Shown here: piece after piece, positions 59,520-64,000 of the stretch
Numbering within the stretch: position 1 is the stretch's first letter
How the letters are laid out: each line of letters opens with the position of its first letter
From: a virus
Taxonomy: Duplodnaviria > Heunggongvirae > Uroviricota > Caudoviricetes
Reading direction: 5' to 3' (one strand)
IMG/VR virus record: IMGVR_UViG_3300028549_001428
Length of the DNA stretch: 64,000 nucleotides
Program-made: the position numbers and the translations under genes
The notes under the pieces: model-generated
Told to the model about the DNA's origin: nothing
The model's database searches: none
The model's input: only the letters and a program-made list of their open reading frames with translations

Positions 59520-60748
59520 TGACTTTACTTAAAGATCCATATTATGAAGCTATTGTAGTGACCGATGAAATTGACCCTAACCATTCAGGTGCTGTTAGAG
59601 TTTCTATCGTTGGTGTTACTGATAAATGGGAAAATCAATATCAACCATTCGTAGTACCTGCTATTAACGGTATGCAAGCAGTTCCAACTAAGGGAACCTT
59701 ATTATATGTTGCTTTCGATGAAGGCGATATAAATATGGGTAGATATTTCTTCGTTGCACAGGATAAAAATTATCTACCTGCTGAATATATTTCAGAATAT
59801 CCAAATGTGGCAGTGACTAATTTGGGTGCTGATACATTCATATTAACTCATAATAGAAAGACGAATATTAGCGTAGTATCACATCCAAGTGATAGTAGTG
59901 TTACATGGGATGCATTTGGTGCTATAACACATGATAGTGATAAGGGATATACAAATGCAGGTCAGGATGCCTTGAACAATCAAGGATCAAAATCATTGTC
60001 TGTATTAACTGAGGGTACTGTTGATCCATTCACGTGTACTGTATTTGGTAATAATGTAGCCAATGGTGGTGCGCATCAAGGTTCTGAATATTTCTTTGTT
60101 ACCCACATATCTAAAGGAACTGTTGATGCAATCAATGGAAAAATTGTTGCTGATTCTAGTGATGATAGCGTACCAGCGGTTGAAAGCGGTGCAAGTGAAT
60201 TAGTTAATAATGATATATTTGACGCTGAAGGTAATGAAGTTGGCTCTGTTGAATACTATCCAAGTGAATCATACATTGATAGAAGTGATAAGCAAATATC
60301 ACATATCATAATTGCAAATAGTGGCAATAACAATTTCGTTGATACAGCATCTAAAGTATCTGAAAAAACTAGTACGTATGGATGTCATTATCTAATTGGT
60401 AGATCTGATGCTATTCCTCCAACAGACTCCGAGCGTTCTGGTGATTCATCGGCTAATGCTGCTGGGTTTATGCAATTCGTAGAACTTACAAATGATGTAT
60501 ACTTTGCCAATAATGCTAAGATATTACCATCATCAGAAGCAGCAAATAAAAATGCGGTGGTTATTATGTTAGTTGGTGATGGAACATCATACACACCTTA
60601 TCAATATACCATGTTAAATAAACTAATTGTGCATATTAGATATGAAGCAAAAACAACAGACGTTCCTGTATATGTAACTGATAATTTGGTTGCTATGCCT
60701 AAATATGATACAATAGGTGCGTTAGATCCAAGTAAATTAAATAAATAA
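59519..60748 (+). CDS. baseplate spike (gp5-like OB fold) fused to a degenerate amidase_2/PGRP-like domain
   Basis: N-terminal VV..IDP..GAVRV...VP.KG....V.F..GD; C-terminal HYLIGR, QFVE and YTPYQY..L. Confidence 0.75.
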   Translation: MTLLKDPYYEAIVVTDEIDPNHSGAVRVSIVGVTDKWENQYQPFVVPAINGMQAVPTKGTLLYVAFDEGDINMGRYFFVAQDKNYLPAEYISEYPNVAVTNLGADTFILTHNRKTNISVVSHPSDSSVTWDAFGAITHDSDKGYTNAGQDALNNQGSKSLSVLTEGTVDPFTCTVFGNNVANGGAHQGSEYFFVTHISKGTVDAINGKIVADSSDDSVPAVESGASELVNNDIFDAEGNEVGSVEYYPSESYIDRSDKQISHIIIANSGNNNFVDTASKVSEKTSTYGCHYLIGRSDAIPPTDSERSGDSSANAAGFMQFVELTNDVYFANNAKILPSSEAANKNAVVIMLVGDGTSYTPYQYTMLNKLIVHIRYEAKTTDVPVYVTDNLVAMPKYDTIGALDPSKLNK

Positions 60749-60760
60749 TGGAATTATAAA

Positions 60761-62632
60761 ATGGCTAAATGTATAAATAATATAATCGATACTAACGTTG
60801 CTAGTGGTGGCACATTAAATGCATCCAGTACAACGTCTACTTATGCATATCCATCAGGAACTGGCACTTATATTGACTCACCAATGAAAGGAAATGGTGA
60901 TGTTAGATTTTCTAATAGTTATGCTGATGCCGTTAGTAATTCTATAACACAATATGCAAATACCATAAATGGATTAACATTAAAATTAAACAGCACTAAT
61001 TGTACAGAAGAAGTGATGGAATTCTTTAAAAAGCAATTTCCTGTCGCTACTACTATGTTAAAACAAGGATATGATTGGACATCGAATAATTTAAATGTTC
61101 AAAGTGGTATTAATAAGTTAGGTAATTCATTAAAGGGTGGCAATTTAGAAAAGTTAGCTGACCAATTCTGTGATACTGTAACTAATATGTTCAGAACATT
61201 AATATTTTATTTAGATGTTGCAACTAAAGCGGCATTTGTAATATTCAAAAAAATTGACGCATTGCGTAAAAAGATAGAAAAGGCATTATTAGAATTTACG
61301 GCAGCTGTTCGTGATTGCTTGGTTAGTGTAATAATTGATGCAAAAAATGCAATTAATAAAATTGTACGAAATGTATTAGATTTTGATGTTGTATTAGATT
61401 TGATGAACCACTGTCCATGTATCACCAAAATAATTGCTAGTATGTTCAATTGTAAAACTGATGAGAATGGTAATAAATTAACTACAGCATCAGAAGTATT
61501 GAATTGTGTAATAAATAAATTCAGTTTAGGTCCAAGCAAAATAATAAATGCTGTTAATAATTTTATTGACAATACAATATTAGATACCCTAAATAAAGGA
61601 TTCAATTTATTGGATGAGTTTATTAAAAATACAATGGAATTATTAATGACTCCATTTAGAGAATTGATCCGTATGTACTCTAAATTTTTAACTCAAAAAA
61701 TAAATATGACTATTATTATTCGTACATTAGAACCTGCTGATTGTTTACTTATATATACAAAAGAGCATGACGCTAGTGGTAGTAGTTACTTAGGCATGAG
61801 CATTATAGACATGATTAACACATTAAAATCATGGGCTAACTGTTTTGAATTCGCATGTTCATCCTTTGTAGATGATGTATCCAATAAAGTAAAGGAATTG
61901 AATGAAAATTTACGACTAGATGATAGATACTGGCGTGATGTAATGTCAATTGATTTATATCAATCAGCTATCGGTGCAAAGGTGCAATCTAATCAACCTA
62001 GACCTGCAATGATTCGTGAAATATTTACAAAAAATCAAGGAAAAGGTAAGGATGTATTTATTGGTATAATAGATGCATTTAAACAAGTTGGATCTATAAC
62101 AGTTGATGTCGGTTGGAAAAATAAAGAATTAGGTAATGCGGCACAAGCAATTAAATTCAAGGATGGTCCTGATAATGAAGGTGAAGCAGCACAATCAAAT
62201 AACAACGTAAATGCGGAACCATTTAATACATCAATTGAATCCTATATAATGAGCATGGAATCAAATTTATGCAATGATAGTGACCCTTATTTTGTTGAAC
62301 GCTTTTATGAATTATTAGCTTGGTTAGCTGCATATAAAAAATCAGGCGCACATATAAAACAAATTGATACATTACTAAATGAACAGCAAGCACAAGACTC
62401 TTCGTTTTTAAGTAATCCAATATCAACGTCATATGAAGCAAAAGGTGATCGTGTATATTTCAAAGGTGATGTGGAAGCTGAAATACCAAACATCACACCA
62501 TCTTATGAAGTTACTGACGATTATGATGCAACTATTATAAACAAAATACAGAGTTATGATACGCCAACACGAAAAGATAATGAAACTTTACGTGCATATT
62601 ATAGTAGATGGTTTAATGGAGCTATTGCATAA
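60761..62632 (+). CDS. hypothetical virion-associated helical protein
   Basis: 623-aa ORF within the baseplate operon. Confidence 0.6.
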   Translation: MAKCINNIIDTNVASGGTLNASSTTSTYAYPSGTGTYIDSPMKGNGDVRFSNSYADAVSNSITQYANTINGLTLKLNSTNCTEEVMEFFKKQFPVATTMLKQGYDWTSNNLNVQSGINKLGNSLKGGNLEKLADQFCDTVTNMFRTLIFYLDVATKAAFVIFKKIDALRKKIEKALLEFTAAVRDCLVSVIIDAKNAINKIVRNVLDFDVVLDLMNHCPCITKIIASMFNCKTDENGNKLTTASEVLNCVINKFSLGPSKIINAVNNFIDNTILDTLNKGFNLLDEFIKNTMELLMTPFRELIRMYSKFLTQKINMTIIIRTLEPADCLLIYTKEHDASGSSYLGMSIIDMINTLKSWANCFEFACSSFVDDVSNKVKELNENLRLDDRYWRDVMSIDLYQSAIGAKVQSNQPRPAMIREIFTKNQGKGKDVFIGIIDAFKQVGSITVDVGWKNKELGNAAQAIKFKDGPDNEGEAAQSNNNVNAEPFNTSIESYIMSMESNLCNDSDPYFVERFYELLAWLAAYKKSGAHIKQIDTLLNEQQAQDSSFLSNPISTSYEAKGDRVYFKGDVEAEIPNITPSYEVTDDYDATIINKIQSYDTPTRKDNETLRAYYSRWFNGAIA

Positions 62633-62637
62633 TCATT

Positions 62638-63138
62638 ATGAATTACAAGAAAGACACTAATAAAGGATATTACCCAATAATAAATAAACAAAAGTATTAT
62701 CCAACTGGTAAAGTTCCCATATTTAAATCATCATGGGAATTACAAGTATTTCGTGCATTGGATGTCAATCCTAATGTATTGTTTTGGGGATATGAACCAC
62801 TTGAAATTTATTATTTCAGTCCTAAGTATTTAAAGTATACTGTATATTACCCTGATATATTATGTCATATTCGTATGGATAGTGGTGTTGAACAAAAAAT
62901 ATTAATCGAAATAAAACCGACTAAATACACTATAATGCCAAAAAAACCAAATCCACCCAAGGATAACATACCTGCTAAATGGGATCGATATAGAAAATCA
63001 TTGGTTAATTATGAGTATAATATGAAAGACTATATGGTTAATATGGCTAAATGGGAAGCAGCTCAACGTTGGTGTCAGAAAAATGGCGTGATGTGGAGAA
63101 TATTAAATGAAAATAACACCAATAGTATGTTTAAATAA
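62638..63138 (+). CDS. head completion nuclease (T4 gp4-like, TnsA-type PD-(D/E)xK)
   Basis: KSSWE, NPNVLFWGYE, YYPD, IEIKP, VNMAKWEAA..WC. Confidence 0.9.
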   Translation: MNYKKDTNKGYYPIINKQKYYPTGKVPIFKSSWELQVFRALDVNPNVLFWGYEPLEIYYFSPKYLKYTVYYPDILCHIRMDSGVEQKILIEIKPTKYTIMPKKPNPPKDNIPAKWDRYRKSLVNYEYNMKDYMVNMAKWEAAQRWCQKNGVMWRILNENNTNSMFK

Positions 63139-63174
63139 TATAATTTATATATATTAAACATCATTGGATTATAA

Positions 63175-63606
63175 ATGGCATGTTGCGGTCAAAAATCACA
63201 GTTGGATACTATATATCTTCCATTAAATAAACGCCTGGTTGAATTCGGAAAAGAAGTTTCAGGTGAGCCATTAATGAATGCTTACCCAAGTACATTCTTA
63301 TGGGTGTTTACTTTCTATCGTGAAGAAGATATGTGTGAAGAATGCCATGATAATTTAGGCGCAATCAATAAATGGTTTGCAAAATATGGTATGTATACCG
63401 ATCCAATGAGAAATCTTAAATGGATAATCGAAGAAGAACCAGATAAGAATTTAATATACAAAGAGCTAGGATTGACTAAATCACCTACACACTTATTTTG
63501 TGATGGTGATGGTAAAATAGTTGATATCATAAGCGGAATTCCATCTACAGAGTGGTTGGAAAAACATCTACTACCACTATTTAAACAGGATATGAAACTA
63601 CTATGA
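63175..63606 (+). CDS. thioredoxin-fold protein
   Basis: FY..CEEC and a cis-Pro region SPTHLF..DGKIV. Confidence 0.7.
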   Translation: MACCGQKSQLDTIYLPLNKRLVEFGKEVSGEPLMNAYPSTFLWVFTFYREEDMCEECHDNLGAINKWFAKYGMYTDPMRNLKWIIEEEPDKNLIYKELGLTKSPTHLFCDGDGKIVDIISGIPSTEWLEKHLLPLFKQDMKLL

Positions 63607-64000
63607 GTAAAAAATCAGCAATTGTTATTGGATATACAATAGATTCCGCAATATTAGCCAGAGAATTAGCTCAAAAACATAACAAACAAGTTACCTATCT
63701 ACAGACAGGTAAATTGGGATATCCATTGGATGACCTAAATGATTATATATCATATGAAGATGTTATATTATTAAATACTCTTGGTGTTGATACGGAATAT
63801 AGAAAGCTAATTAATGGTACATATGTATTCATGCCATTTGATTCCTTAAAATTTGTAAATGCTCGTAATGGTCTTATTAGCTATCCGTTAAATAAATCAA
63901 GTTTTGATTCGGCAGAAGAATGGGAGCAATTAGAATTTTGCTTACATAAACTAAATGAATTTAGAGATGCACTTGAAGGCTCAACTAATTTTATAAATAT
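63603..64000 (+). CDS. Rossmann-fold protein, UDP-galactopyranose-mutase-like, partial
   Basis: Manual translation MSKKSAIVIGYTIDSAILARELAQKHNKQVTYL...GLISYPLN; the GxGxxG motif is degenerate; runs off the window. Confidence 0.45.
   Translation, partial: MSKKSAIVIGYTIDSAILARELAQKHNKQVTYLQTGKLGYPLDDLNDYISYEDVILLNTLGVDTEYRKLINGTYVFMPFDSLKFVNARNGLISYPLNKSSFDSAEEWEQLEFCLHKLNEFRDALEGSTNFIN

Noticed and set aside
108-63530. Numerous short antisense or nested ORFs in the track (e.g. 108-380, 18683-19003, 54934-55344)
   Set aside because: Shadow ORFs opposite or inside well-supported genes
1-64000. Stop-codon recoding (as in some jumbo phages)
   Set aside because: Core genes are full length under the standard code, and TAA, TAG and TGA all end genes
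1-64000. tRNA or rRNA genes
   Set aside because: No cloverleaf with T-loop/D-loop consensus and no rRNA-like region seen by eye in the intergenic spaces

Overview
AT-rich fragment of a large T4-like myophage (probably a jumbo phage). Replication and recombination genes (gp46 partial, RNase H, RuvC-like, UvsW, UvsX, gp41, gp32, gp61, gp45, gp43, gp44/62, UvsY, gp47) are interleaved with tail, baseplate and head genes (gp25 fusion, sheath, tube, gp26-, gp48-, gp53-, gp27-, gp5- and gp4-like) and accessory genes (NADAR, Apyc1-like MBL hydrolase, DnaJ, glycosyltransferases, dUTPase). Three IS200/IS605-family elements are present: an IsrB element with its omegaRNA (13302-14604), an intact tnpA-tnpB IS605 (52873 to about 54518), and a protein-less element carrying a promoter, an unrecognised structured RNA domain and a TnpB-type omegaRNA (about 51290-51724). 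The most striking feature is a second, stand-alone IsrB-type omegaRNA (11513-11820). It has its own promoter, its own 15-nt guide and a terminator, and its transposon-end signals are degraded, which suggests a domesticated trans-acting guide. Two promoter classes are visible: TATATTT (often TATATTT-N5-ATG, leaderless) and a late TATAAACTA. Promoter style and a secreted-protein C-terminal domain hint at an FCB-group, possibly Fibrobacterota, host; this is inference. All calls come from reading motifs by eye; no database searches were run.
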